Source: a virus
Lineage: Duplodnaviria; Caudoviricetes
DNA length: 24,941 nt
IMG/VR virus record: IMGVR_UViG_3300020045_008671
Coordinates: 1-24,941 of that record
Strand: one strand, 5' to 3'
Shown piece by piece: positions 1-7,254 of the stretch (position 1 is the stretch's first letter; every line of letters begins with the position of its first letter). The notes below the pieces were generated by a model that worked only from the letters and a program-made list of their open reading frames with translations, was not told where the DNA came from and made no database searches. Position numbers and translations under genes: made by a program.

Positions 1-2
1 TA

Positions 3-773
3 CGTTTTGAAAATTATAATGATTTTGATTTTATCGAAATTCGTAGAGATTCATGGTATAATGGTGATGGTATCGGTTCTCCGCCAATCCAAGAAATTAT
101 TGGTTCAGTAGATATTGGTAGAGTTAAAAGTTTGGATAGAACTGTTAAATTAAACATAGGAGAAAGATTTTATAAAGGTATTTTTTTAAATGAACAAAAA
201 GCATCTGATGGATATACGCAATTTAGAGTATATAAAAATGGAAAAGGTAAAACTACAAAAACTCACAGACTTGTTGCGATAACCTTTATGGGTAGTGAGT
301 TAAAATTAAATAAAACGAAAGTTGTAGACCATATAGATGAAGATAAAACAAATAATAAATTATCTAACTTACAACTATTATCAAATAGAGATAATTGTAA
401 AAAAGGTAGATTAAAAACCAATAAAACATCAAAATATAGTTGTGTTCACTGGTGTAATACAAAAAATAGATTCAAGTCAAGCTTGTTAGTTAAAGGTGTT
501 AAACATTGTTTAGGATCTTTTAAAAATGAAGATGAAGCAAATGAAGCGTACCTTAAAGCTTTAAATAATTATCTTAATTTTAATATTTTACCTAAAACAA
601 AAGTTAATTCATCTAAACACAAAGGGGTTTCTTATAGTGAAAATCATGAAAAATGGCAATCTTACCTTTTAGTTAGTGGAGGTAAAAGAATAAATTTAGG
701 TTGGCACAACACAGAAGAAGAAGCTTTTATTGTTCGAGAAAAATATATAACATCACTTGAACCACATATCTGA
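3..773 (+). CDS. HNH homing endonuclease (partial NUMOD4, HNH_3, two AP2-like domains); 5' end open to the window edge and possibly chimeric
   Basis: The frame is open from nt 3 into the tracked ORF 132..773. Motifs: GRVKSLDR (NUMOD4 tail), HRLVA..F...VVDHIDEDKTNNKLSNLQ (HNH_3), and two AP2-like units (SKYSCVHW...LGSFKNEDEANEAY; SKHKGVSY...LGWHNTEEEA). Confidence 0.85.
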   Translation, partial: RFENYNDFDFIEIRRDSWYNGDGIGSPPIQEIIGSVDIGRVKSLDRTVKLNIGERFYKGIFLNEQKASDGYTQFRVYKNGKGKTTKTHRLVAITFMGSELKLNKTKVVDHIDEDKTNNKLSNLQLLSNRDNCKKGRLKTNKTSKYSCVHWCNTKNRFKSSLLVKGVKHCLGSFKNEDEANEAYLKALNNYLNFNILPKTKVNSSKHKGVSYSENHEKWQSYLLVSGGKRINLGWHNTEEEAFIVREKYITSLEPHI

Positions 774-1526
774 TAGGTACTCATTCAACGACTCTTTTTG
801 ATAGCTATCCATACTTTTCACCCTTTTCCTTGCTTTATTCCAAGAACCATTCGCAGGGTGTTCAAGGTCGTTTTTAGCATCAGCCCATAAAGTCCTGTAA
901 GTTCTTGGGTGTCTTGTCTTCATTGCTTTGTAAAAAGCCACTATCACAAAATCTTTTACAGCTTGTTCAAAAAATCTTGGCACAATTGGAACGTCCCCAA
1001 TTGGAACTCCCATGCCATTATAAATTACTCGAATAAATTCATATCCAGCACAATCTTGACTTAGCATCAAAATACCATTTTGCTCATTAGCGTAATACTT
1101 CGCTCCATTTACACCGTAATATCCTCTTTGGCGTTCACGGTTGTAACTACCAACAAACGGATCGTCACCATTCCCACCATCGTCTTTTACTTTGGCTGTA
1201 TATCCTTGCCCTTCGTAATTATTGTTAAACAATCGTTTCCAATAAACATTTTGTGTACAAGTTGGGTTACAAAGCGTACCGTTATACAAGTAAATTTCTC
1301 TTGGATTAAAACAATTTTCTGGTATTTTCAATTGTAAAGTTGAAGGAATAACATCATCTTTTTGAATTTTTTGATAAAATGTATCTAAAGCCAATTCCTG
1401 TAAAGCATCTTGAATACGAGAAGTGTACCAGCCTTTACTGAAACCTTTTCTAAAAGCCATATCATCTACCGTAACGGTAATATCCGCTAAAAGATGATTA
1501 ACTGAGCAAAAATCATTACTTGTCAT
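753..1526 (-). CDS. Putative virion neck/tail ring (adaptor) protein, crAss-like
   Basis: 257 aa, on the same strand as and downstream of MCP. The layout (N-terminal helices, then IYNG...PIVP..F..A) resembles podovirus head-tail ring proteins. Based on synteny and impression. Confidence 0.55.
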   Translation of the reverse strand: MTSNDFCSVNHLLADITVTVDDMAFRKGFSKGWYTSRIQDALQELALDTFYQKIQKDDVIPSTLQLKIPENCFNPREIYLYNGTLCNPTCTQNVYWKRLFNNNYEGQGYTAKVKDDGGNGDDPFVGSYNRERQRGYYGVNGAKYYANEQNGILMLSQDCAGYEFIRVIYNGMGVPIGDVPIVPRFFEQAVKDFVIVAFYKAMKTRHPRTYRTLWADAKNDLEHPANGSWNKARKRVKSMDSYQKESLNEYLSDMWFK

Positions 1527-1528
1527 AA

Positions 1529-2248
1529 TTATTCTGTTTCTGTTTGTGCGGTTGATACTGGTTGTCTAATCGGTTGGCGTGGCATTGAATTAGCTGTGCC
1601 ATCGTTTCCATCGTTAGACCTTTCGTCTGGAATAAGCATTACAAATCTTCCAAGCTTTAATACTTCCTGAATTAAATCCCCAACTCTTTCATCTGGAATT
1701 GGCAAATTATCGTCTAAATTACAAACACTTGATGGATTTAAAGTTGAACGAACAGCAATTTCAACATCTGTTACTTCAATACATTCGATTCCAAGTAGGT
1801 AAATTCTGTTTACAGCTACACCGTTAACTTTATCTCCAACTCTTCTAAAATAAGGGTTTGTTGGTTTTGGCTTTGTGTATTCATCAAGGTACAAATGTTG
1901 TACTTTCATTGTATCTACTGGCTGAAAAAACTGTTGTGCAAAATTATCACCGTGGCAAGAATTTGTATCTGTATTGTAAGTAATGTAAGCAACACCTTCG
2001 TTATTCGGTAAATCCATTATTTGTGTTGGCAAATCAATATACTTACGTCCTTTATCGTCTTTTAAAACTAAAATAGGATAAAAAGTGCTTGTAAATAAAT
2101 CTGAATTTGTTTGCACATAATGTTCAAGTCGTATTCTATTTGCAACTACTTGTACCCAATAAATTATTTGAATCAGCGTAATATCGGCATCATCAAATGT
2201 TTTTTTAAGTGATTTTTGGAGGTCGTATGCTACAAATCTATACGTCAT
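1529..2248 (-). CDS. Putative virion ring/adaptor protein, crAss-like
   Basis: 239 aa. MTYR.. start and C-terminal LDDNLPIPD...LIQEVL pattern resemble crAss ring proteins; lies 2 nt from the next gene. Confidence 0.55.
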   Translation of the reverse strand: MTYRFVAYDLQKSLKKTFDDADITLIQIIYWVQVVANRIRLEHYVQTNSDLFTSTFYPILVLKDDKGRKYIDLPTQIMDLPNNEGVAYITYNTDTNSCHGDNFAQQFFQPVDTMKVQHLYLDEYTKPKPTNPYFRRVGDKVNGVAVNRIYLLGIECIEVTDVEIAVRSTLNPSSVCNLDDNLPIPDERVGDLIQEVLKLGRFVMLIPDERSNDGNDGTANSMPRQPIRQPVSTAQTETE

Positions 2249-2270
2249 TATTAATGGATTTTATTCTCAA

Positions 2271-2278
2271 CAAATATA
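2271..2278 (-). promoter_or_regulatory. Bacteroidota sigma70 -7 element (TATATTTG) for the ring genes
   Basis: caaatata on + is TATATTTG on -, 22 nt before the ATG at 2248. Confidence 0.65.
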
Positions 2279-2315
2279 AAAATAAAAGTAATTGATTTTT
2301 TTTTAGTGAAAATTG

Positions 2316-2345
2316 TTGTTATTTAAAAAAACTTTTATACATTTG
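2316..2345 (+). promoter_or_regulatory. Bacteroidota sigma70 promoter (TTG-N19-TACATTTG) for the plus-strand island
   Basis: TTG at 2316-2318 and TACATTTG at 2338-2345; divergent from the 2271 element. Confidence 0.7.
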
Positions 2346-2347
2346 TC

Positions 2348-2444
2348 GTGTTACTCTGAATAACACAAAAATAAGACATTCTCTGTTTCCCAATAGAAAT
2401 AAACGGAAAACCTTTAGTTATTCAGAGTGACTAAGGGTTTTTTT
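2348..2444 (+). promoter_or_regulatory. Structured 5' leader ending in an intrinsic terminator (attenuator-like)
   Basis: Hairpin gtgtta-ctctgaa-taacac (2348-2366). Terminator aaaacctttagtta-ttcagag-tgactaaggg followed by T7 (2407-2444). Confidence 0.7.
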
Positions 2445-2499
2445 ACGCCTTTTAATTTAAAGATAAAATATTTTAAGTTTGTTTTAAAGCGGGAAATAT

Positions 2500-2940
2500 A
2501 TGAATAAGGCAGAATATAAAATATTACTAAAAAGTAAATATTGGCATCGTAAAAGAATGAAGATACTTAGACGAGATAAATTCACTTGTCAACGATGTAA
2601 ATCAATAGACCTTGAATTACATGTACACCATAAATTATACATTGATGGCAGAAAGCCTTGGGAGTACGGAGATAAACAATTAATTACTTTATGCAAATCT
2701 TGCCATAAAATCACCCATGATACAGAAACAATTCCTATTTATAAAAATGGTAGTTTAGTTAAACCGAAGCCTAAAAAACAAAAAGAAAGTCCGAAAAAAA
2801 TAATTATAAAGAAAACAAACAAGCAACGTATAAAAGAAATCGCCAACAAAAATCGTGTGTTAAAATTTGAAAATGCTTTTCCTTTAAAACCACATGCAAT
2901 AAATAGATTACCTAAAAGGTTGAGAAAAGATGATGAGTAA
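2500..2940 (+). CDS. HNH endonuclease (Zn-binding CxxC...HH...CxxCH) with a basic C-terminal tail
   Basis: ILRRDKFTCQRC...LHVHHKLY...LITLCKSCHKITH. Confidence 0.85.
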   Translation: MNKAEYKILLKSKYWHRKRMKILRRDKFTCQRCKSIDLELHVHHKLYIDGRKPWEYGDKQLITLCKSCHKITHDTETIPIYKNGSLVKPKPKKQKESPKKIIIKKTNKQRIKEIANKNRVLKFENAFPLKPHAINRLPKRLRKDDE

Positions 2941-2973
2941 ATAGGCAGAATTATCCCCATTTAAAAATAAACC

Positions 2974-3318
2974 ATGAGAAAAAAAAAAAAAACAGTTGAA
3001 ATACCAATTTATTGCGCAAAACTAACAATGATAATCGACAAAGATTTATCTTACGTTGAAAAAAAGTATAAAACAGGTTCACTTGGAAACTACGGAGCTG
3101 TAACACTTCACAATGAAGCGAAAGGTCGTCATTATATTGTCGCTTTTACAGATAAAAAACATTTGAGTAATATCGCACATGAAATCGTACACATTAAAAA
3201 CCACATATACGTTGATTGCGCAATGTTGGTAGATCGGTTTAACGATGAGCCAGAAGCGTATTTGACAGGTTGGTTGTTTGATGAGATATTTAATTTTTTA
3301 AACAAAAATAAAAAATGA
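2974..3318 (+). CDS. Small HExxH (zincin-like) phage protein
   Basis: IAHEIVH followed by DEPEAYLTGWL, which supplies a candidate third Glu ligand. Confidence 0.6.
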   Translation: MRKKKKTVEIPIYCAKLTMIIDKDLSYVEKKYKTGSLGNYGAVTLHNEAKGRHYIVAFTDKKHLSNIAHEIVHIKNHIYVDCAMLVDRFNDEPEAYLTGWLFDEIFNFLNKNKK

Positions 3319-3515
3319 GTTATATAAAATGTACATCTTGTGAAAAGCAAGAATTTAAAGATTTTTCAAATCCTAATATACATTATTCAGCAGAAGAAAA
3401 TGATATCAGTAATTTCAAATGCAGATGGTGTACAAATTATGAATCTTTGAAAGAAGGTGAATGGTATCAAGACGAAAAAGGTGAATATCACCAAAAAATT
3501 ATTTCTAAAACTTAA
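3315..3515 (+). CDS. Hypothetical protein, possible Zn ribbon
   Basis: CTSC...CRWC; start overlaps the upstream stop (ATGA). Confidence 0.6.
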   Translation: MSYIKCTSCEKQEFKDFSNPNIHYSAEENDISNFKCRWCTNYESLKEGEWYQDEKGEYHQKIISKT

Positions 3516-3518
3516 ACT

Positions 3519-3659
3519 ATGGAAGTATTATTATTTGTTTGCTTATTTTTAGTAATGTATATTGCGTTTGCAATAGATTCAGTACTTAAAAACCAAAAAT
3601 TTATCTTAAATAAAATAGAAGAAATTAAAAAAGAACTTAAATCAAGTAAAAATGTTTAA
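3519..3659 (+). CDS. Small membrane protein (46 aa), below the ORF-track cutoff
   Basis: Manual translation MEVLLFVCLFLVMYIAFAIDSVLKNQKFILNKIEEIKKELKSSKNV; hydrophobic N-terminus and coiled-coil-like tail; starts 3 nt after the previous stop. Confidence 0.6.
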   Translation: MEVLLFVCLFLVMYIAFAIDSVLKNQKFILNKIEEIKKELKSSKNV

Positions 3660-3831
3660 AGACTACGAAGATTATAAAAATAAAGTAGATAAAATGATGA
3701 ATGGAAATCATGAATCTTATAAAAAATGTATTGAACAAAACTTAGTTAAAGAAAAAGAAGTAAGCACTAATGGTGAACCTTACCGCTTCTTAAGAGAAGA
3801 AGAGTTTAATGAAAAATTTCCTGAAAAATAA
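3652..3831 (+). CDS. Hypothetical protein (59 aa), below the ORF-track cutoff
   Basis: Manual translation MFKDYEDYKNKVDKMMNGNHESY...EEFNEKFPEK; overlaps the previous stop. Confidence 0.6.
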   Translation: MFKDYEDYKNKVDKMMNGNHESYKKCIEQNLVKEKEVSTNGEPYRFLREEEFNEKFPEK

Positions 3832-3840
3832 TTAAAGTTT

Positions 3841-3873
3841 TATGTAACTATATGAAATAATTTATTATCTTTG
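3841..3873 (+). promoter_or_regulatory. Promoter with conserved upstream box (TATGTAACTATATGAAATAA-N5-TATCTTTG), copy 1
   Basis: -7 element at 3866-3873; the upstream 20-mer is identical to the copy at 24577-24558 (-). Confidence 0.75.
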
Positions 3874-3907
3874 TAGTCACAATAATTAATAACTAAAAAA
3901 GTATAAA

Positions 3908-4021
3908 ATGAGTAAATCAGGTAAAAAAGCAAAATTGTACTGTTTGAGCGAGTGGTTAAAAACTTTAACTCCAGTAAAAAAGAAAGTGGTAAAACAGGAA
4001 GAACAAGAACAAGAAATTTAG
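3908..4021 (+). CDS. Small peptide (37 aa), basic N-terminus and acidic C-terminus
   Basis: MSKSGKKAKLYCLSEWLKTLTPVKKKVVKQEEQEQEI*; ATG in an A-rich context directly after the promoter. Confidence 0.55.
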   Translation: MSKSGKKAKLYCLSEWLKTLTPVKKKVVKQEEQEQEI

Positions 4022-4024
4022 TAT

Positions 4025-4151
4025 TGAGTGTGGAAGAATCTTGACAAAGTTCTCAATTCCGAGAGATATGGTCTTAGCCATACTAACACTTGTACCACAG
4101 GTTTAAATTTATCAAGTGCATGTATAAACCTCAGATTCTTATAAAAATTCA
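4025..4151 (+). ncRNA. Candidate structured RNA with an H-type pseudoknot (family unknown)
   Basis: Closing stem 4034-4041/4133-4140; hairpins 4050-4065 and 4067-4082; crossing stems 4087-4092/4113-4118 and 4099-4105/4125-4131. Confidence 0.5.
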
Positions 4152-4180
4152 TGGAGGAATGGCTTTAAGAAAGGAAGTTG

Positions 4181-4207
4181 GTAACTTACTAGAAAGTTGC
4201 ATTTTTT
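4181..4207 (+). terminator. Putative weak intrinsic terminator
   Basis: gtaactt-actaga-aagttgc followed by atttttt. Confidence 0.45.
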
Positions 4208-4231
4208 AACACCAATTAAAAAAATATTTTG

Positions 4232-4239
4232 TATATTTG
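4232..4239 (+). promoter_or_regulatory. Bacteroidota -7 element (TATATTTG) for the NUMOD4-HNH gene
   Basis: Exact TAnnTTTG immediately before the structured leader. Confidence 0.65.
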
Positions 4240-4240
4240 C

Positions 4241-4329
4241 GGTGTGGATAGATTGGGAGTAATTACCTGATTGAAAGCCGAAGTGTTTACGGTTTCCACA
4301 CTTCATTTTTAAACACGTATTTTAAACAC
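4241..4329 (+). ncRNA. Candidate cis-regulatory leader RNA (three-way junction plus pseudoknot)
   Basis: P1 4241-4248/4295-4302; P2 4251-4257/4266-4272; P3 4276-4280/4290-4294; P3 loop gtgttta is complementary to taaacac at 4310-4316 and 4323-4329. Confidence 0.55.
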
Positions 4330-4335
4330 AAAAAT

Positions 4336-4893
4336 ATGCAAAACGAAGAAGTAGAAGAAGTTTGGAGAGATTTACCTAATTACGAACGTATTTATCAGAT
4401 TAGTAATTTAGGTAGGGTTAAAAGTAAGGATCATTTTGTTTATTACCTTGAGGGTGGTAAAAAAAGAAGTAGAATACAGATTGGTCGTTTTCTTAAGCTT
4501 CAAACATCTTTAAAGGGATATTTGCAGGTATGCATAAGTAAAGATGGAACTAAATTAAATACTGGAGTTCATATATTGGTTGCTTTATCTTTTATACCTA
4601 ATAACGAAAACAAAGAGCAGGTTAATCATATTAATTGTATAAAAACAGATAACAGGGTTGAAAACTTGGAGTGGTGTACAAATCGTGAGAATCAAAACCA
4701 CGCAATTAAAAATAATTTATTAAATCCAAATTACGGAGAAAAACATCACATGGCTAAATTCACAAATAATCAAGTTTATGAATTTAGAGAATTACACAAA
4801 AAAGGAATTACGTGTTCAGAGATAGCTAAAAGTAACAATATAAGTATAACAGCTATGTTTAACATTTTAAATCATAAAACATATATAAAATAA
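4336..4893 (+). CDS. NUMOD4-HNH homing endonuclease with C-terminal HTH
   Basis: EVWRDLPNYERIYQISNLGRVKS (NUMOD4); VHILVALSF...QVNHINCIKTDNRVENLEW (HNH_3); C-terminal ITCSEIAKSNNIS HTH. Confidence 0.9.
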   Translation: MQNEEVEEVWRDLPNYERIYQISNLGRVKSKDHFVYYLEGGKKRSRIQIGRFLKLQTSLKGYLQVCISKDGTKLNTGVHILVALSFIPNNENKEQVNHINCIKTDNRVENLEWCTNRENQNHAIKNNLLNPNYGEKHHMAKFTNNQVYEFRELHKKGITCSEIAKSNNISITAMFNILNHKTYIK

Positions 4894-4898
4894 AAATC

Positions 4899-5231
4899 AT
4901 GGAAGTAAAAGGCGTATTAAAAGTATTAAACCCAACAACGCAAGTTAACGACAAGCTGTCGAAACGCGAATTTGTTGTTACATTGTCAGATGAAATGTAC
5001 CCACAACACGTATTATTTCAAGTTGTTAACGAAAATTGTTCCCAACTTGATGGTATGGGTGTAGGTGATGAGATTCACGTACAGTTCGGATTAAAAGGTC
5101 GCGAATGGACAAGCCCACAAGGTGAAGTAAAGTATTTCAACACATTGGAAGCTTGGAAAATACAAAGACTTAACAGTGGTCAAAACAATTCTGGTAGTCA
5201 AGGAAACCAAGGCGGTAATCCTTTTAAGTAA
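4899..5231 (+). CDS. DUF3127 family protein (putative OB-fold ssDNA-binding protein)
   Basis: MEVKG...KREFVV...YPQHVLFQ...VGDEIHVQFGLKGREW....YFNTLEAWKI, with a flexible tail ending NPF. Confidence 0.85.
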   Translation: MEVKGVLKVLNPTTQVNDKLSKREFVVTLSDEMYPQHVLFQVVNENCSQLDGMGVGDEIHVQFGLKGREWTSPQGEVKYFNTLEAWKIQRLNSGQNNSGSQGNQGGNPFK

Positions 5232-5237
5232 AACTTT

Positions 5238-5280
5238 GCAACGCATCAATTTATTTTGGTGCGTTGTTTTTTTTTTTTTT
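5238..5280 (+). terminator. Intrinsic terminator
   Basis: Stem gcaacgcatcaa/ttggtgcgttgt followed by a long T run. Confidence 0.8.
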
Positions 5281-5290
5281 AAACAGTCAA

Positions 5291-5563
5291 ATGATAGATT
5301 TTAAAACTTATGACGAGGAAAACCCTAAGATATGGGCTTTATTCGTACACTACGCAAGTCAAGCAAAACAAAAAGGATTTACACGGTATTCAGCCAATGG
5401 TATTTTTGAGGTCATAAGATTTCATACTGGAGTTTCTGGGAACGATGGATTCAAAATAAACAACAATTATCGTCCTGATTACGCACGAAAAATGGAAGAA
5501 ATGTTTCCTGAATTTAAAGGGTTCTTTCAAAAAAGACAATTAAAAGCATTAAGAAATAAATAA
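5291..5563 (+). CDS. Hypothetical phage protein
   Basis: Start moved to ATG 5291 because the tracked start lies inside the terminator. F..YDEENP.IW..F...YSANGIFEVIR...FKINNNY...YARK resembles a recurring phage hypothetical family. Confidence 0.7.
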   Translation: MIDFKTYDEENPKIWALFVHYASQAKQKGFTRYSANGIFEVIRFHTGVSGNDGFKINNNYRPDYARKMEEMFPEFKGFFQKRQLKALRNK

Positions 5564-5568
5564 AAGTC

Positions 5569-5889
5569 ATGGCAGAAAAATCTAATAAAAACATTCTTCT
5601 TAATGATATTGAAGATACGTTTAAAAAATGTTTAGAAGTTGCAACACGAAAAAATTCGGATTACGGAGGTAAAGAATCTAATCCATATCAAAACTTTTCT
5701 AATTCAGAAATAGTTGGTGTTCCAATTCCAAAAGGAATTATGGTGAGAATGATGGATAAAGTTTCTCGTATATCTACTTTACTCGAAAAAGAAGCACAAG
5801 TAAAAGATGAAGCTATTGAGGACACTCTTGATGATTTAATCAACTATACTGCAATTCTTAAAAGTTATCTTAAAAATCACAAAAAATAA
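5569..5889 (+). CDS. DUF1599 / nucleotide-modification-associated domain 1 protein
   Basis: KNSDYG...NF...GIMVRMMDKVSRI...DEAIEDTLDDLINY. Confidence 0.8.
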   Translation: MAEKSNKNILLNDIEDTFKKCLEVATRKNSDYGGKESNPYQNFSNSEIVGVPIPKGIMVRMMDKVSRISTLLEKEAQVKDEAIEDTLDDLINYTAILKSYLKNHKK

Positions 5890-5894
5890 AAGTC

Positions 5895-6767
5895 ATGGGA
5901 GTTATAGAGGACAACGAAAAATATTATTCAATAAATTTTAAAACAAAGAAAACGTTTGAACAGGTTGTAAGAAAAAATTGGCTACATTTTCGTTTAGCTT
6001 GTAAAAAAGCTGGATTAAATGGTAAATCTTTAATAATTGATTCAAATCTTACAGCAGAAGAAAAAGAAAGCTTGATGGATTTTTTACACCCACCAAAAAC
6101 ATTCACGGATAAAAATCAACAAAAAGTTTGGGAACGAATATTGAAAGATATTAATGTAGATCCTTCTTTGTTTGCAAAAGCTCCTACATTAACAAAACCT
6201 TTAAATGGTAAAGAAATAGTTGAGAAATTGAATGAAATGAGTGAACCATTTATATTTTACAAAGTTTTACGTCCAAGCTTGTTTTTCTGCAAAGACCAAA
6301 CAGTAACACTTGAAAGGTTGAAAACAAAGTTTACTGAGGAAGCAATTAAATTAATGGTTGAAGATGGGTATTTGGAATTGTCTGTTAAATATAATACAAT
6401 GGGTGTATATCCTGATGTATTAAATGGTGATACTCCTAATTCATTTATGAGAGATGAATTAAATGGAATTGACTTATCATCTTTTAGACACATGGGCTTT
6501 TTTGCACCACAACAAATTGTAACTGAACCAATTGTAACTGAAACTAAAAAAGAAATTCCAAACTCAAAAGGTACTTCACATATTTTTTACCGAAAAAACA
6601 ACGAAGATACGGTTTGTGATGCCATTGAAAGACAAATTAAATATTTCGATTTAAAAGATGGTGATTTTTTGGATATTCATTTGAGCAAACGTTTATTTAA
6701 AGAATTGTGCGAAGTGTTTGGAGGTAGAGTAAAAAAGTACAAAGGACATAAAATTATTGTAGCATGA
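5895..6767 (+). CDS. Hypothetical protein
   Basis: 290-aa ORF in a tightly packed operon; no motif recognised. Confidence 0.7.
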   Translation: MGVIEDNEKYYSINFKTKKTFEQVVRKNWLHFRLACKKAGLNGKSLIIDSNLTAEEKESLMDFLHPPKTFTDKNQQKVWERILKDINVDPSLFAKAPTLTKPLNGKEIVEKLNEMSEPFIFYKVLRPSLFFCKDQTVTLERLKTKFTEEAIKLMVEDGYLELSVKYNTMGVYPDVLNGDTPNSFMRDELNGIDLSSFRHMGFFAPQQIVTEPIVTETKKEIPNSKGTSHIFYRKNNEDTVCDAIERQIKYFDLKDGDFLDIHLSKRLFKELCEVFGGRVKKYKGHKIIVA

Positions 6768-6994
6768 ATATAGGAGATTACTTTTTATTCCAATTAGTTG
6801 ATGTAAAAACAATAGTAACAACACGTGACGAATTGATACTTGCATTTATTCCATCAATAGGATTTATAAGTTGTAGATACTATAACGGAAGTAAAACATG
6901 GGTTTCAAATGAAACAAATAATCAAGTTTATCCAACACATTACATGGATAGAATTAAAGCTCCTTTTAAAATAGAAATATCAACTGAAGATTAA
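6764..6994 (+). CDS. Hypothetical protein
   Basis: ATGA overlap with the upstream stop. Confidence 0.6.
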   Translation: MNIGDYFLFQLVDVKTIVTTRDELILAFIPSIGFISCRYYNGSKTWVSNETNNQVYPTHYMDRIKAPFKIEISTED

Positions 6995-7035
6995 TTTTTA
7001 AACAATGAGAACATTTGACATAAAATAATTGTACA

Positions 7036-7254
7036 ATGAGCAAAATAAAAGAATATGAAATAACTGTATTTAAAAAAGAATTTAAATACACGCCTTTTTT
7101 AGTAAAGGAAACAAGTCCATTAAGAGCTTTACAATATGTATCTGATTATTTAAAAAATACACAAAACGAAGAACATAAATTAGTTACAAAACATTTTAAA
7201 TCGATGGGTTTAGAGTTTGATGATTTAGATATTAAAATAATTACGCATGAATAA
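7036..7254 (+). CDS. Hypothetical protein
   Basis: 72-aa ORF in operon context. Confidence 0.6.
   Translation: MSKIKEYEITVFKKEFKYTPFLVKETSPLRALQYVSDYLKNTQNEEHKLVTKHFKSMGLEFDDLDIKIITHE

Noticed and set aside
4063-4074. gagatatggtct resembles the group I intron S element
   Set aside because: No matching R/P7 partner, P/Q elements or interrupted host gene were found, and the segment forms its own local hairpin.
4266-4276. cctgattgaaa resembles a hammerhead core (CUGANGA...GAAA)
   Set aside because: The spacing is off by one, there is no stem II between the motifs, and the bases are used in stem P2.
6515-6542. Direct repeat aattgtaactgaa, two copies
   Set aside because: An in-frame 15-nt duplication (IVTEP/IVTET) within a CDS; only two copies and no spacers, so not CRISPR.
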